DNA of 64,000 bases from Octopus sinensis (GCF_006345805.1 NC_043003.1:14322001-14386000), one strand, 5' to 3'. Shown: positions 41,195 to 56,004, counted from the first letter of the stretch. The notes: a model not told the origin generated them from the letters alone. Numbers and translations: made by a program.

Positions 41195-41234
41195 CATAAT
41201 AATAATAATAATCATAATGATAATAATAATAATG

Positions 41235-41265
<31 letters not shown>

Positions 41266-41615
41266 ACTTCCAACTTGTCTCTTGAGGTCTCTGGGTGAGA
41301 CTTAGAGCCAACTTGTACAAATGTAAAGCAAAAGTCAAACATAGAATAATAATAGTAATAATGGGTTCAAATTTTGCCACAAGGGCAGTCATTTTGGGGG
41401 AGGGGATGTGTTGATTACATCAACCCCACTGTTCAACTAATACTTAATTTATCAACCCCAAAAGGATGAAAGACAAAGTCAGCCTTGGCGGAATTTGAAC
41501 TCAGAACGTAGCAGCAGATGAAACACTGCCAAGCATTTCGCCCGCCATGCTAATGATTCTGCCAGCTCACCACCTTAATAATAATAATAATATAATAATA
41601 ATAATAATAATAATA

Positions 41616-41657
<42 letters not shown>

Positions 41658-41680
41658 TAATAATAATAATAACGATAATA
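37703..41680. repeat. (AAT)n field with about eight SINE family B copies and local segmental duplications
   Basis: Blocks 38501-38705 = 40951-41160; 38887-39480 = 39657-40252; 38887-38972 present three times. Confidence 0.85.
40358..40912 (+). mobile_element. ~550-bp unclassified interspersed repeat in (AAT)n
   Basis: Inverted match to 13185-13725. Confidence 0.7.
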
Positions 41681-42308
41681 AATCCCAAAAAGAAATAAAA
41701 GAAGAGTAAAAATAAAACCAAAGATTTCCAACTAAGTATTCTTGAGAAAAAAAAAAAATGTTTAAAAATACAAAAAGAAAGATAAGACAGAAAGAATGGC
41801 AGAAAGAAAGAGTCTAATATGTTAGCAACAGAGAAAATGGTCTAGATTTTCTGCAGTTCTTGAAGAAGAGCAAAGTCTTATTCTAGTTCAAATTGATAAA
41901 AAAGAAAAAAAAAGTTATGTTCTTATGATTAAGAAATAACGAAAATTGAAATGCCCGTGGATATTTTGGTATATTTAAATATTTCTTCCCTTCTATTCAT
42001 CTTTTTCATCTCTCTTTTGCTCTGTTTCTCCATATCCACTATCTTTATACACACACACACACACGCACGCACACACACATACACATGCCTGCATATATAT
42101 ATACAAATATATGTAGATACACACGCATATATAACACATGTATATATATTATATTATGTGTTACATACTCATTACACACATATATATAACATATATGTAC
42201 CTTTCTCTCTTTGTACACACACACACTCACACACACACATATACATGCACACACACACACACACACATGCCTGTGTATATACATACAAATATATGTAGAT
42301 ACACATGC

Positions 42309-42354
<46 letters not shown>

Positions 42355-42536
42355 GTTCCATACATACCACACACATATATATTACATATATTATATGTTC
42401 CTTTCTCTTTCTCTCTTTGTACACACACACACACACACACACTCACACATACACATATATACACACACACATGCATGCATATATACATACAAATACATGT
42501 AAATACACACACATATATAATGTATATATATATCTT

Positions 42537-43155
42537 CATCATCATCATCGTTTAACGTCTGTTTTCCATGCTAGCATGGGTTGGACGATTTGACTGAGGA
42601 CTGGCGAACCAGATGGCTACACCAGACTCCAATCTGATCTAGCAGGGTTTCTACAGCTGGATGCCCTTCCTAACACCAACCACTCCGAGAGTGTATATAT
42701 ATATATATATATATCATCATCATCATCATCGTTTAACGTCCGTTCTCCATGCTAGCATGGGTTGGACGGTTCGACCGGGGATCTGGGAAGCCAGAAGGCT
42801 GCACCAGGCTCCAGTCTTATCTGGCAATGTTTCTACAGCTGGATACCCTTCCTAACGCCAACCACTCTGTGAGTGTAGTGGGTGTGCTTTTTGCGTGCCA
42901 CCTGCACAGGTGCCAGGCGAGGCTGGCTACGGCCACGGTCGGATTGGTGCTTTTTACGTGCCACCTGCACGGAAGCCAGTCGAGGCGGCGCTGGCTTCGG
43001 CCACGGTCGGATTGGTGCTTTTTACGTGCCACCAACACGGAATCCAGTCGACGCGGCGCTGGCATCGGCCACGATTCGGATAGTGCTTTTTACGTATCTC
43101 CAGTCCAGGGGTCCTGGCATCTGCCGGGTGCCAGTCATAGGATTGGTTCAATTTC
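42537..43155 (-). mobile_element. Two RTE 3' UTR fragments, the second CpG-rich with four to five subrepeats
   Basis: (CAT)n tails at about 42537 and 42714; repeated CGGATTGGTGCTTTTTACGTGCCACC. Confidence 0.75.
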
Positions 43156-43299
43156 GATTGTATGTATATATATATTATATGTATTACATACACATTACAC
43201 ACACATAGATATTACATATTATATGTACCTTTCTTTCTCTCCCTGTACACACACACACACACACACACATGCACGCACTCATACAGACAATTGCATACA

Positions 43300-43635
43300 G
43301 AATAAAGAGGTCCAGAGGGACAAGGGATAAATTATTGAAGGCCAATTTCAAATCACTGAGACTTATGGAGGAGATGACAAAGGACTGAGATATGTGGCAC
43401 CTTGCTATTTTAAGAAGACCCATGTGCTACACCAGAATTGATACCAGTGCTGGTGCCACATAAAAAGCACTCAGTACATACTGTGGAGTGGTTGGCATTA
43501 GGAAAGGCATCCAGCTGTAGAAATCATGCCACAACTGACAATGAAGCAAGGTGCAGCCCCTGGTCTTACCAGTTCTCTTCAACCCATCCAACCCATGCCA
43601 GCATGAAAAACAGATGTTAAATGATGATGATGACA
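43300..43635 (+). mobile_element. RTE LINE 3' end (ORF terminus, 3' UTR, (ATG)n tail)
   Basis: Parallels 16070-16447. Confidence 0.65.
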
Positions 43636-44140
43636 ATGTATGAGTGTGTGTGTCTGTAGCTCTATGTCTCTGCTAGTCTCTGCCATATTGCTTGACATCC
43701 AGTGCTGGTTTGTTTACATCCCCATAACTTAGCAGCTCAGCAAAAAAGATTCTTAGAATATGTATCGAACTTGAAATCAAGGATTGGCTCGATTTATTCT
43801 ACTGCATACTTCAAGGCAGTGCTCCAGCATGGCCACAGTCCAATGAGTTGAAAAGCTGCTGAAGTTCACTTTGTCTCTCATTCTTTTGAAGGTCAATAAA
43901 ATAAGTACCAAGTGAGTACTGGTGATGATGTAATCAATTTAGTCCATCTAGAGGTGGGGTAAATTGATTAAAATTGATTTAAAATTGATTAAAATTGCTG
44001 GCCTTGGGCCGGAAATTGATACCATTGTTATCATTTTCTCTTTATCAAAGGTTTTGTTGGAGCTCTTGGAGTCTTGCATGCATATTAGACTTACTACTTG
44101 CAGCCTACGGTACCATGCTATTTGTTCTTTACAGCAATCT

Positions 44141-44490
44141 AATATTTCATTTTTGGATTTGGTTTCCAAGTTTCTTTATATGAATTCGTGTGTTGAAGCA
44201 TATTCTGTTGTGTCTGGGGAGAGTCACTTTCTTTTTGTGCCTTATAATTTAAGACACTCACCAGTAAAATTTCCACTTATTTCTTATTTTTATTTTCCTA
44301 TAATTTTCATTGCATCTTGGAACCTTTTCAATAGTCTTGACTCTTCAATAGTCTTGACTCTTTCAATAGTCTTGCAAGATGCAATGAAAATTTTAGGAAA
44401 ATAAAAATAAGAAAAAAGTGGAAATTTTACCGGTGAGTGTCTTAAATTATAAGGCACAAAAAGAAAATGACTCTCCCCAAAAACACCAGC
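44141..44490. mobile_element. Fold-back insertion, same family as 5483-5820
   Basis: Same start and inverted arm. Confidence 0.75.
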
Positions 44491-44496
44491 AATCTA

Positions 44497-45185
44497 ATAC
44501 TTACCTGATTATTCTGGCTGTGCCAGGGAGGCAAACCTTTTCTAACAGTTCTCCTGGGCACTCTATTCCAATTTCCTTTATATTCCCCTTGATGCTTTCT
44601 GATACTATCCCCAAGGACCCAACGATAATTAGCACTGTCTTCACTTTCTTCATCTTCCATAGCTGGGCTATTTCGTGCTTAAGAGGGCTGTATCTATATA
44701 TATTTTTGCCTTCGTTCTTGTCTATTCGTGGGTCAAAGGGGCATGCAACGTCAACCATACAGCATATGTGGTGCACCTTGTCCACCACCACTAGGTCCGG
44801 TCTGTTATGCTCTAGCACCTGATCTGTTTGGAATGGGAAATCTTAAGGGATTTTGCCAATCCCCGTCTCTGTCACTCCCTGCAGTCTTTTGCTCACATCA
44901 CATCTTGCCTCTTTCTAGCCCCTCCGCTTTTCGCACAGTTTCCAATGTAGCACTTTTAGCACATGGTTGTATTGCCACAACTTGTAGTGGTTTTGGGCAA
45001 GTCTAAGGTATTCGCTCGTGATATGGGCAATAGTTTCATCTACTCTTTTGCAGATGCAGCACAGCTAAGACACTTGCTCATTCTTCAGGTTAATCCTCCA
45101 GTTCATGGCGAGAGCTTGGTCCTGCACTGCCAATATAATGCTCTCAGTTTCTTTTTTTAGTATTCTTTTCATCAGCCAATCCCAC
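44497..45185 (-). mobile_element. R4/Dong-clade non-LTR retrotransposon 3' fragment (restriction-like endonuclease)
   Basis: KKETESIILAVQDQAL, ETIAHITSE..LAQNHYK, HNRPDLVVVD..MVDVACPFD..RYSPLKHEI..IIVGSLG..LPGTARIIR. Confidence 0.88.
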
Positions 45186-45374
45186 ACAATTCATCATCAT
45201 CATCATCATCGTTTAACATCTGCTTGCCATGCTAGCATGGGTTGGGCAATTTGACTGAGGGCTGGTGAACCAGATGGCTGCACCAGGCTTCAAAATTGAT
45301 TTGGCAGAGTTTCTACAGCTGGATGCCCTTCCTAATGCCAACCTCTCCTAGAGTGTAGTGTATATATATATGTA

Positions 45375-45580
45375 ACCGCGTGTGTATCGTTGACAAATTT
45401 TTTCCTCCGTTTTCCCTTCCTTGAATCATTCCTTTACCTATGTTTCTGACGAAGAGCTCCGCTCGAAACATTAAATTCCCCTTCTTTCTTTCCTTTCCTG
45501 AGCGTCCAATAACACTATACTTGTTCCACATCCTCACGTAGTTGTGTTTTCTCTTTGTGTTTTCATGCTTGGATTAACTA
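45375..45580 (+). mobile_element. Small hammerhead element in (TA)n
   Basis: gtttCTGACGAaGAGCtccGCTCGAAACATT at 45442-45476; relative at 53630-53838. Confidence 0.7.
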
Positions 45581-45600
45581 TATATATATATATATATATA

Positions 45601-45833
45601 TAATCATCATCATCATCGTTAAGGTAGGCACTGCTTACCTTGACTGCCTAGGCAGCATGTCCCTGATATATATATATATACGTTTTATTTACTATTTTGC
45701 ACATTACTTAATCATCAGTATATTTTATATTTAATATTTCTATTATATGTAATTTTCTAGATGATGTATTTAATTGTTCATTTTGAATTGATAAAAGGTG
45801 TTTTTTTTCTAATTTATATATATATATATATAG

Positions 45834-45870
<37 letters not shown>

Positions 45871-46135
45871 AATCATCATCATCATCGTTAAGGTAGGCAC
45901 TGCTTACCTTGACTGCCTAGGCAGCATGTCCCTGATATATATATATATACGTTTTATTTACTATTTTGCACATTACTTAATCATCAGTATATTTTATATT
46001 TAATATTTCTATTATATGTAATTTTCTAGATGATGTAATTTAATTGTTCATTTTGAATTGATAAAAGGTTGTTTTTTTCTAATTTATATATATAATATAT
46101 ATATATCTATATATAGATATATATATATATATTAT
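45601..46135. repeat. ~270-bp direct tandem duplication
   Basis: 45602-45815 repeated at 45871-46088. Confidence 0.85.
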
Positions 46136-47057
46136 ATATACATATATTTATGATGGGCTTCTTTCAGTTTCCATCTACCAAATCCACTCACAATGCTTTG
46201 GTTAGCCAGAGGCTATAGAAGACATGAATTCAAGGTGCCACACAGTGGGACTGAACCTGGAACCATGTGATTGGCAAGCAAGCTACTTATCACACAGCCA
46301 CTCCTGCACCTGTATAATTTTATTGAGAGGTCTTTGTTTTGTAGGATTGCAGGAGATGGTGTCATATTAAAAGTGCCTGTGTTGGTGCCACGTAAGAAAC
46401 ATCCCTGCCAGTGTCATGTAGAAAAGCACCCATTTGGGGTCACATAAAAAACTCCTTTGCCAGAGTCACATAAAAAAGCACCTGCATTGGTATCATGTAG
46501 AAAGCACCTGTACTGGTGTCGCGTATAGAGCACTCAGGCTGGTGTTACTTATAAAGCACCTGTATCATTGTATAATATCCTTTGTCCATGGGTTGGACCC
46601 TGGTCAAATTGTCCTACCCATGCCAACATGGACAATGAACGTTAAATGATGATGATGATGATGATGTTGCTGCCATGGGAATAGCACCCAGTAGATTCAG
46701 TAAAGTAGTTGGCATTAGGAAGAGCATCTGGCCATAGAAACCAAGCCAAAATAGACAATTGGAATCTGAGCAGTTCTCTGGCTGACCAGCCAACCAATGC
46801 CAGCATGGAAAACGGATATTAAATGATGATGATGATGATTATGATGATAACAGTGCATTACTTTTCCATTTATATATATAGTACAAAGTAAGATAGGGGT
46901 TATGGGTGTAACCCACTATGGGATATCATTTATCCAATATACTACCAGTAAATTACCCAATGGATATTTGTTTATTGTTTATTTTTATATATTAAGTAAT
47001 ACGTGCATCATGTTTAGTATATTAATATTATTATTAATATTTTTAAAGTTAATTATA

Positions 47058-47193
47058 ACCTCTGAGGAGGCCTATGGTTCTTTTAACATATAAGTATTAT
47101 ATTTTTTTAAATGCCTACAACCTTAGTATGTTGACATCTATAGGCAATGAAAATTAGATTCACTTTTGACCATAGGCTGAAACAGCTGTAAGA
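47058..47193 (+). ncRNA. Type I hammerhead motif with very long stem II insert
   Basis: CTGAGGA-GGCCTATGGT..(~90 nt)..ACCATAGGCT-GAAAC-AGCT-GTA; stem I degenerate. Confidence 0.6.
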
Positions 47194-47390
47194 AGTAATT
47201 TTAGGATTTCATTAATTAATAATATGACTTTTAAAATCTGTATTTGTATTATCTTATCTATTATTGATTTATATAATATTTTTGTATGCTTTTGATGTTC
47301 TCATTTGTAAAATGAATAAATAATCCAACATTATAATATCCGTAAGTTGATGAACAAACCAAATTTGTTTCTCCATTTTCTTATTTGTAT

Positions 47391-47423
<33 letters not shown>

Positions 47424-49780
47424 TATATATACTTTTATTTGTTTCAGTCATTTGTCTGCGGCCACACTGGACCACTGCCTTTAGTTGATTCCAGTTTTTT
47501 TTCTTTGTAAGCCATGTATTATTCTATCGGACTCCTGGCTATCTGAGGGGCTGCACCAGACTCCTGTGTGATTTACCATAGTTTCTATGGCTGAATGCCC
47601 TTCCTAATGCCAACCATTCTCTTTTACTCTAGGTACAAGGCCTGAAATGTTTTGTGGAGGAGGCCAACCGATTAGATTGACTCCAGCATGCAACTGGTAC
47701 TTAATTTATCAATCTCGAAAGGATGAAAGGCAAAGTCAACCTTGGCAGAATTTGAACTCAGAATGTAAAGACAGACGAAATACTGTTAAGCATTTCACCT
47801 GGTGTGTTAATGATTCTGCCAGCTTGCCTAATGCCAACCACTCTGAGAGTGTAATGGGCGGTTTCATGTGCCACCGGCATGGATGCCAGTTGTGTGACAC
47901 CAGTATCTGCTATGACTACGATTTCATTTGGCTTGATGGGTCTTCTACTCAAACAAGGCATATTACCAAAGGTTTCAGTAATTTGTTATAGCCTCAATAA
48001 AATGCTTTAGTTGAAAAAATATGAGAAAATTTCATATTTCGTATAACTGATGTAAATGAAATTAGCTTTTCAACAACACCCAAAAATATATGAATACTGG
48101 AATTAACATAATTTGGCTAGCACTTCATTAAACTTATAATCTGGAACAATGTTTTGACCGATATGTATGTAGAAAGTAGCATTGCAAATATTTAGGCGAC
48201 CTTTATATTTGCAGAAGAAATATATACAAAGACATTAAAAAACGCTATCTCAACAGTGTAAGATAACAATGACACAGTGAATAAAAATTAATTTTGCGGT
48301 TCAATCATGTCATTGAAATCTTCAGTAATAAAAGAACACTGGAAAAGCAAATTTTGAGAAAAATATATCAAAATTGGAATTTATAAGAATTTTCTAGATA
48401 GTGTCAATTTTATTTGCTTTCTTTCAGAAGAACTTACATACTCCAGACTAATTAATAGCAGCTTTCTTTATTCTAGTATTGATATAGAGTGACTGTGATT
48501 TCGATGTTTCCGTCAATGTCTTATTAATATCAAGAGAACAAATTTATGACACATGGTGTTGTATCTGTTTAACTTTGCTAATGATCTTTGGGAAGGCATA
48601 AATTCCACAGTTCTTAATTTTCAATCATCAGATCTTTAAATACTTATATATATTTATGAGAGGAGGTTTCAAGTAAAGAGAGTATAGCAAAACTAACGGC
48701 GGTGCCCCAGCATGGCCACAACTCTCCAGCTGAAACTGGTAAAAGTGCGTGCGTGCATATATACACATACATTATTGATGTTAAATGCAAATATGTTTGT
48801 GTGAATACTCACACACATTTCAATTTAGCCATCATTGTGTGTGTATATATATATATATATTATATTCTCATATGTATATATGCATACATATATGATTGTA
48901 TATATGGACATATAAATATATATACACACACATTTGCATACGTATATACATACGTACGTATATGTACAAATATATACACACATACATACATACACACTCA
49001 AACACACATTCACGCGTGCACTATAAGGACTTACTACAATTCTAAATTGAGAAACGGCAAATATATAAAATATATATATATATATACACAAACATATATA
49101 TATATATATACATATATATATACATATACATACATATATATATATATATATATGTATCAGTTATAAACAGATAGATATGTATATATGTATCAGTTATAAA
49201 CAGATAGATATGTATATATGTATATTTCTGTTTTGATCATTATTTTTGGCGAATATACGCGAAGCGATGGGCGAAAGAAACAGGGAAAGAAAGAAAGAAA
49301 GGATAAAAGAACGGTGCCAGGAAGAAAAAATAATACGAGAATAAAAAAAACTGGTCTGCTTGTGAAAACGTATGAGAATGTGTGAGAAAATCTAAGCTGG
49401 TAAGCAATAATGTCATATAGAAGTTCCTTTAAAAAATAGTATTTGGAGTAAAAAAAGAAATAAATGGTAATAACTATGTCTAAAAATAAAACGGACAAGA
49501 AGAATAAAATAAGATTAGGAGGACGAGAAATAGAAGGAAAAAGTGTAAAGGAAAAAGAAAGAATGGAGCGAAGTCGCGAATTTGTAATGTTTGATGAGGT
49601 AGTGGAAGGGAACGAGAGATAGGGGGGAAATGTGTAAAAGAGATCATTGTATAGTGAAAGAAGAAGGAGAAGAAAAAAATTTTGAGTGCATGGAAGGAGG
49701 GAAGTGTTATTGCTGAAATAAAGTAGTGAAGAATGAACCGCGCGCGCGTGTGTGTGTGTGTAAGTGTTGTGTGTTGTTTG

Positions 49781-49784
<4 letters not shown>

Positions 49785-49874
<90 letters not shown>

Positions 49875-49889
49875 ACACACACAAGAAGT

Positions 49890-49920
<31 letters not shown>

Positions 49921-50207
49921 ACAGATAGATGGATAGATAGATAGATAGAAAATTGGAAGAAAGCAAAACATTAAGAATTAAAATGATAGGTGTGTGTGAG
50001 ACACACACAAGAAGCTGGATATTGGGCCCTTGTGGCTAATAAAGAAACTGGAAGAAGATAGATAGATAGGTAGATAGATAGAGAGAGATAGATAGATAAA
50101 GAGAGAGAGATAGAGAGTTAGATAGATAGTTAGATAGATAGATAGATAGAGAGTTAGATAGAGAGATAGATAGAGAGTTAGATAGAGAGATAGATAGAGA
50201 GTTAGAG

Positions 50208-50278
<71 letters not shown>

Positions 50279-50470
50279 GAGATAGACAGACAGACGGAGA
50301 GACAGACAGACAGATAGATAGATAGATAGATAGATAGATAGCGTAACGCCCTATATTAACCGATAGATAGAGAATTGGAATTAAAAGAAAAACACGTTAA
50401 GAATAAAAACGATAGATAGATTGATAGACAGATGGACAAATAGATAGGTAGTTATCGATAGATAGATAGA
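49785..50470. repeat. (AG)n and (GATA)n microsatellites
   Basis: Direct reading. Confidence 0.95.
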
Positions 50471-51001
50471 CAAAGAACGACAAAAAGTAATGAAGAGAGA
50501 CTATAGCATAGATGGGGATACGAGAGTAGGAGATACATGAATGAAGACGGAAAAAAATAAAAGGAAACGTATTGATGTGTGTACGCGTGTGTATTCAGAT
50601 GCGTGTGTGCCTTACACGTGTTTTTTTTACCTCTCTCGATACAGAAGGGGAGTTTTCATATATGAGGGTGAAGATACAAGAAATAAAATGCTGAAGAGAT
50701 TAAGATACAGAGAGAGAGAGAGAGAGAGAAAGGAAGTATAAGTATTGAGAGAGAAAGGGTAGATAGACAGATGGAGTTAGGAATAGAGCCAATGGCAAAA
50801 GAGAGAAAAAGGTGCAGAGCGGGGGGAAAAAGGTTAGAAAATGCTACGAAAATGATGTGCAAATAAGCCGGACATGATGGAGCGACAGAAAGAGACAGTA
50901 AGGAAAAGTATAGAGAGATTTAAAGAAAGAGTTTAAGGAGAAAAGTAAGCAATTAAGACACAGGAGTAAGTGCGACAATTGAGAGAGAGAGAAGGAAGAG
51001 G

Positions 51002-51054
<53 letters not shown>

Positions 51055-51924
51055 AGAGTGAGGCAGTTGGGGAACAAAATTGATAAAAGAACATAAAAGA
51101 ATTTAAAAAAGATAAAGAAGTTAGAAGGAAAAAAAAATCGGTGAAGAATGATGGAGAGTTAAAGAGAAAGAAAGACAAGATGCAGACTTAAAGGAGCACG
51201 GAGAAAGGGAAGAGATGTAATGTTATTTTAGAGAGAGAGAGGTGGAACAATGTCAGACATATAGATGGTGGTGGTGGTGGTGGTGGTGATTGCGACGACG
51301 AATGAAAGAAAACAGACATAACTGTGACAAACATAAAACAATGACAAAAAAAAAAAACCCCAGCTAAAAGAGGGGGTGAAAAACTATGAAAGACGAGCGG
51401 TAGAATGAGAGGAAGACAGGCTTGAGGGAAGAACAAGCAATTGAGTGAAATACGGAGATTGAAAGAAGGACAGCATCTGAAAGGGGATTAATATAGTGAA
51501 TGAGGGAGAGAATTAGAAGAAAAAGTGGTTATAAAGTGAACGATTGCTTGGAGAAGTGAGTGACAGTAAAGAATTAACTCGGGATAGTTTGAGAGGAAAG
51601 GTTTGAAGAAAACAGATGAGAACTGTAGCAGGCAATTGGTACGCACGACTCTTGTATTCTGTTGGTGTTTCAATTAAGTGAGTGAATGAATGTGTGTAAG
51701 AGTTAAAGTTTTAAAAAGTAGTGGAAAGAGACACAGGTTTAATGAGTAAGCAGGGTTTGAAAAGGGACAAAAAAAAAAAGATTGTAAAGGCTCTCAGTGG
51801 ATTGTATAGCGAGACAGATGTAATGGTATAGAGGGAGAAGTAGATATTTAAGCCAGATAGACAGAATCAAAGAGATTAACTCTGCGACGGTACGTACATA
51901 CGTACGTACGTACGTACATCCATA

Positions 51925-52398
51925 CGCTAAACGTTAGCACGCCGGACGAAATGCGTAGCCGTATTCCGTCTGCCGTTACGTTCTGGGTTCAAATTCCGCC
52001 GAGGTCGAACTTTGCCTTTCATCCTTTCGGGGTCGATAAATTAAGTACCAGGTATGCACTGGGGTCGATGTAATCGACTTAATACCTATGTCTGTCCTTG
52101 TTTGTCCCCTCTGTGTTTAGCCCCTTGTGGGTAATAAAGAAATAGGTACGTACGTACGCTAAACGTTAGCACGCCGGGCAAAATGCGTAGCCGTATCTCG
52201 TCTGCCGTTACGTTCTGGGTTCAAATTCCGCCGTGGTCGACTTTGCCTTTCATCCTTTCGGGGTCGATAAATTAAGTACCAGGTACGCACCAGTGCGTAC
52301 CTGGTACTTAATATGTAGTCTATGTAATCGACTTAATACCTATGTCTGTCCTTGTTTGTCCCCTCTATATTTAGCCCCTTGTGGGTAATAAAGAAATA
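51925..52398 (+). mobile_element. Tandem dimer of young SINE family B in (TACG)n
   Basis: Two CpG-rich copies ending AGCCCCTTGTGGGTAATAAAGAAATA. Confidence 0.85.
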
Positions 52399-53028
52399 CG
52401 TACCTGATTCCGGCACAAGGCTTACAATTTTGAGGGGCGGGGCAAATAGTCGATACCATCAATCTCAAGTACTTGACTGGTACTTTATTCTATCTACCCC
52501 AGGAGGGACGAAAGACATACATTAATATTCTTAAGCCTAACAACAACAATAATAATGATAATAATAATTATGTATACATCGCCATTCTATCGGTGTCTTT
52601 TGCCGAACCACAATAACGTGAACACACCAACGCCGTTTGTCGAGCGATGGTGTGTGTGTGTGTGTGTGGGACAAACACAGACACAAAGACACATAAATAC
52701 ATACATACATACATACATACATACATACATACATACATACATACATACATACATACATTTATACGTACATACATATATATAAACTGAAAGAAGCCCGTCA
52801 TATATATATATATATATATATGACGGGCTTCTTTCAGTTTCCTTCTACCAAATTCACTCACAAGGCTTTGGTCATCCCAAGGTTATAGAAGACACTTGCC
52901 CAAGGTGCCATGCACTGAGACTGAATCCAGAAACATGTGGTTGGGAAGCAAGCTTCTTACCACACAACTACGCCTATCTATCTCTCTCTCTCTGTCTATC
53001 TATCTGCCTATCTATCTGTTTGTCTGTC

Positions 53029-53073
<45 letters not shown>

Positions 53074-53087
53074 CACACACACACACA

Positions 53088-53134
<47 letters not shown>

Positions 53135-53629
53135 AGCTTAGAGAAGAAGAAGAAATGAAACGAAACCAAACGAATCGAATCGACGCGAGGTCACTCAGAC
53201 ATACAATAGTGTAATAAATAAAATATATGCATACATACAAGCATATATGTACGTACCTACATCTACATGTATATATACATGCATATATAAATATATATAC
53301 GTGTGTACAGGACACCACAAATAGACGCAGAACTCAACGAGAAACGGAAAGGTAAAAACAGCATGGAACGGACCATTTTTTTAACAACGAAAAAACAGAG
53401 TACAAGACAACTACACAAGGAAAAATCCCCTTCATCAGCTGTCCCTAGTTCAACTCCAGCGTGTTTCGAAGGTGAGGACAGAACACGACTCGTCGAACTA
53501 GCCCTTCTTGCGAAGAAATTAAATAAAATTACTTCGCAGAGGGGTAAAAACAAAGAAAGAAAAAAATGTAACAAAAAACAGGACGTAAAAACGATACACA
53601 TACATATATATATATATCAAAATATAATG

Positions 53630-53838
53630 ACACATGTGGATCGTTGGCGATTTTTTTCTTCTGTTTTCTTTTTCTCTTGGACTTTCCTCCATCTCCTGTG
53701 TCTGACGAAGCGCTTTGCTCGAAACGTAAAACTACCTTCCTTTCTTCCACGATCGTCTGCTAATACGTTGCATGTACCACGTCCTCGCGTTGTTGCTTTT
53801 TTTCTTGTGTTTTATCTTCGTTCTTTTTGGATTAACTA
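53630..53838 (+). mobile_element. Small hammerhead element
   Basis: CTGACGAaGCGCtttGCTCGAAACGTAaaac at 53698-53732. Confidence 0.7.
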
Positions 53839-54030
53839 TACACACACACACACACACACACACATATATGTACGTACCTACCTCTACATGTATATATACA
53901 TGCATATATGGGTACAGGACGCCAAAAAAACGTCAAACACAATGAGAAACGAAAACATAAACACAAAACCAAGGAACTGGACATTTTTCTTAAACAACGA
54001 AAAGATAGAGTAAAGGACAAATAACACAAG

Positions 54031-54785
54031 GGATCTTTTCTAAAAGATGGACAGAATTTTCTACTTAACTAAATAATTTGAAACTTCGTATACTGGTAGA
54101 ATGTGTCAAAAGAAAACATTAATTTCAATTAGTTTTTTTGAGTGTTTGTTGTGTGTGTGTGTGTGTGTTATTGTTGTGTATGTGTGTTTGTTGTGTAAGT
54201 GTGCGTGTGTGTGTGTCTTTTTGTTGTATATGTGTGTGTGTGTGTGTTTGTTGTGTGTGTTTTTTTTGTTGTGTATGTGTGCGTGTGTTGTGTATCTCTT
54301 AAATCGATGAATTTCGTCGCCCAATAAAAATATTAACGATATCATATCGTTAATATTTTTATTGGGCGACGAAATTCATCGATTTAAAAGATACACAACA
54401 CACGCACACATACACAACAAAAAAAAAACACACACACACACAAACACATACACAACAAAAAAAAACACACACACACATACACAACAAAAACACACACACA
54501 CAGGTAATCGTTCCGTAAGTCAGGGATGACATTGAAATAAACATGCGAGAAGCTTCAGAAGACATGGATAAGGACGAATAACACGGCAGTAAATGAATTG
54601 AGGTCAAAGCAGAGAATACGATTGGTTAAAATTCGAAGAATTAAACTACGTAAAAGTTACAAAATACATTTTTCTCAAAAAAACTAATTGAAATTAATGT
54701 TTTCTTTTGACATAATCTTCCAGTATACGAAGTTTCAAATTATTTAGTTAAGTAGAAAATTCTGTCCATCTTTTAGAAAAGATCC
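54031..54785. mobile_element. Palindromic MITE with ~110-bp TIRs and 8-bp target-site duplication (Merlin-like)
   Basis: GGATCTTTTCTAAAAG...CTTTTAGAAAAGATCC; AACACAAG at 54023-54030 and 54786-54793; GG termini. Confidence 0.8.
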
Positions 54786-55214
54786 AACACAAGGAAAATT
54801 CCCCTTCTTCAGTCGCCATGCTTTCATCTACTCTGCGTTTCGAAGGTGAAGGCGATACGCATCTTCAATAGAAACTTTCCTTCCCGCGAAAAGCAAATTA
54901 AATAAAATTTGAGATCTTTTTGCGGAGGGGTAAAAATGGTAACAAAAACAGGACAGTAAAATATAAACAGTAAAAGACAGGACAAGGAGAATAACAAGAC
55001 AAGAAGGCCTGTTAAGCCGAACGAAAAAAAGTATTACGAACGCTATTTTTGAGAACGGCGAAGGAGCAGCAGAAAATGCCGTCCACACTTCAAAGAAGTC
55101 AGGTCAGAAAGACAGTAGCAGGGCTCTCGTCGCGGGTCAACGACGGGAGGGAGGAGGAGCAAGAGAAAGGGAGAGAAAAAAAGGGAACGGTTGTAGAGGA
55201 AACCAATGAAGAAT

Positions 55215-55256
<42 letters not shown>

Positions 55257-55484
55257 CAGTAAGGTAGAAGAAAAGGAAATATATAACTAATCCAAAAAGA
55301 GTGAAGAAAAACACACACACACAACACACACACACACATACACACACACACAAGCACACGCAATACTGTGGAGGCATTTCTCGGTTGAATATATTCCCGC
55401 CTGTCACACGGGAAACTGAGAGACGATTACCCACCGGCATGCATTTTTACACACACACACACACACACCACACACACACACCAC

Positions 55485-55516
<32 letters not shown>

Positions 55517-56004
55517 ACACACACACACACACATACACACACACAAGCTATAAAACAATTTGTCCAGCTTATCGAAGTTCGATACAGGAAAAAATTTACA
55601 TTCTACGTCAATAAACCACTGCTGTTCCTGAAAGTTGGTCTTTTATACTTTCTACGAACTACTCGAAGCGTACTATTTTCCTACACCTTGATCTGTGGAT
55701 TTTATCTTTACACACACACACACACATATATGTATAATTATATATATACATACGCATATATGTGTGTGTATGTATGCAGTGTGTACACACATATACACAC
55801 CACAGCCATCGATCTCACTTCATACACAAACATAATCACATACACATGTGTGTATGTGTGTGTGGGAGAGAATGAGAGAAACTGACCAAAGGGAAACGAG
55901 ATATAAAACAACCGAGACTCAGAAAAGACGAGTTACAAGACAAAAATTGTATCCTTATATGTTTAATAACCATTACTTGAACAGATTGGTCCTTGTTTTG
56001 AGCC

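Noticed and set aside
53303-54013. 236-aa ORF
   Set aside because: Runs across three repeat elements and microsatellites.
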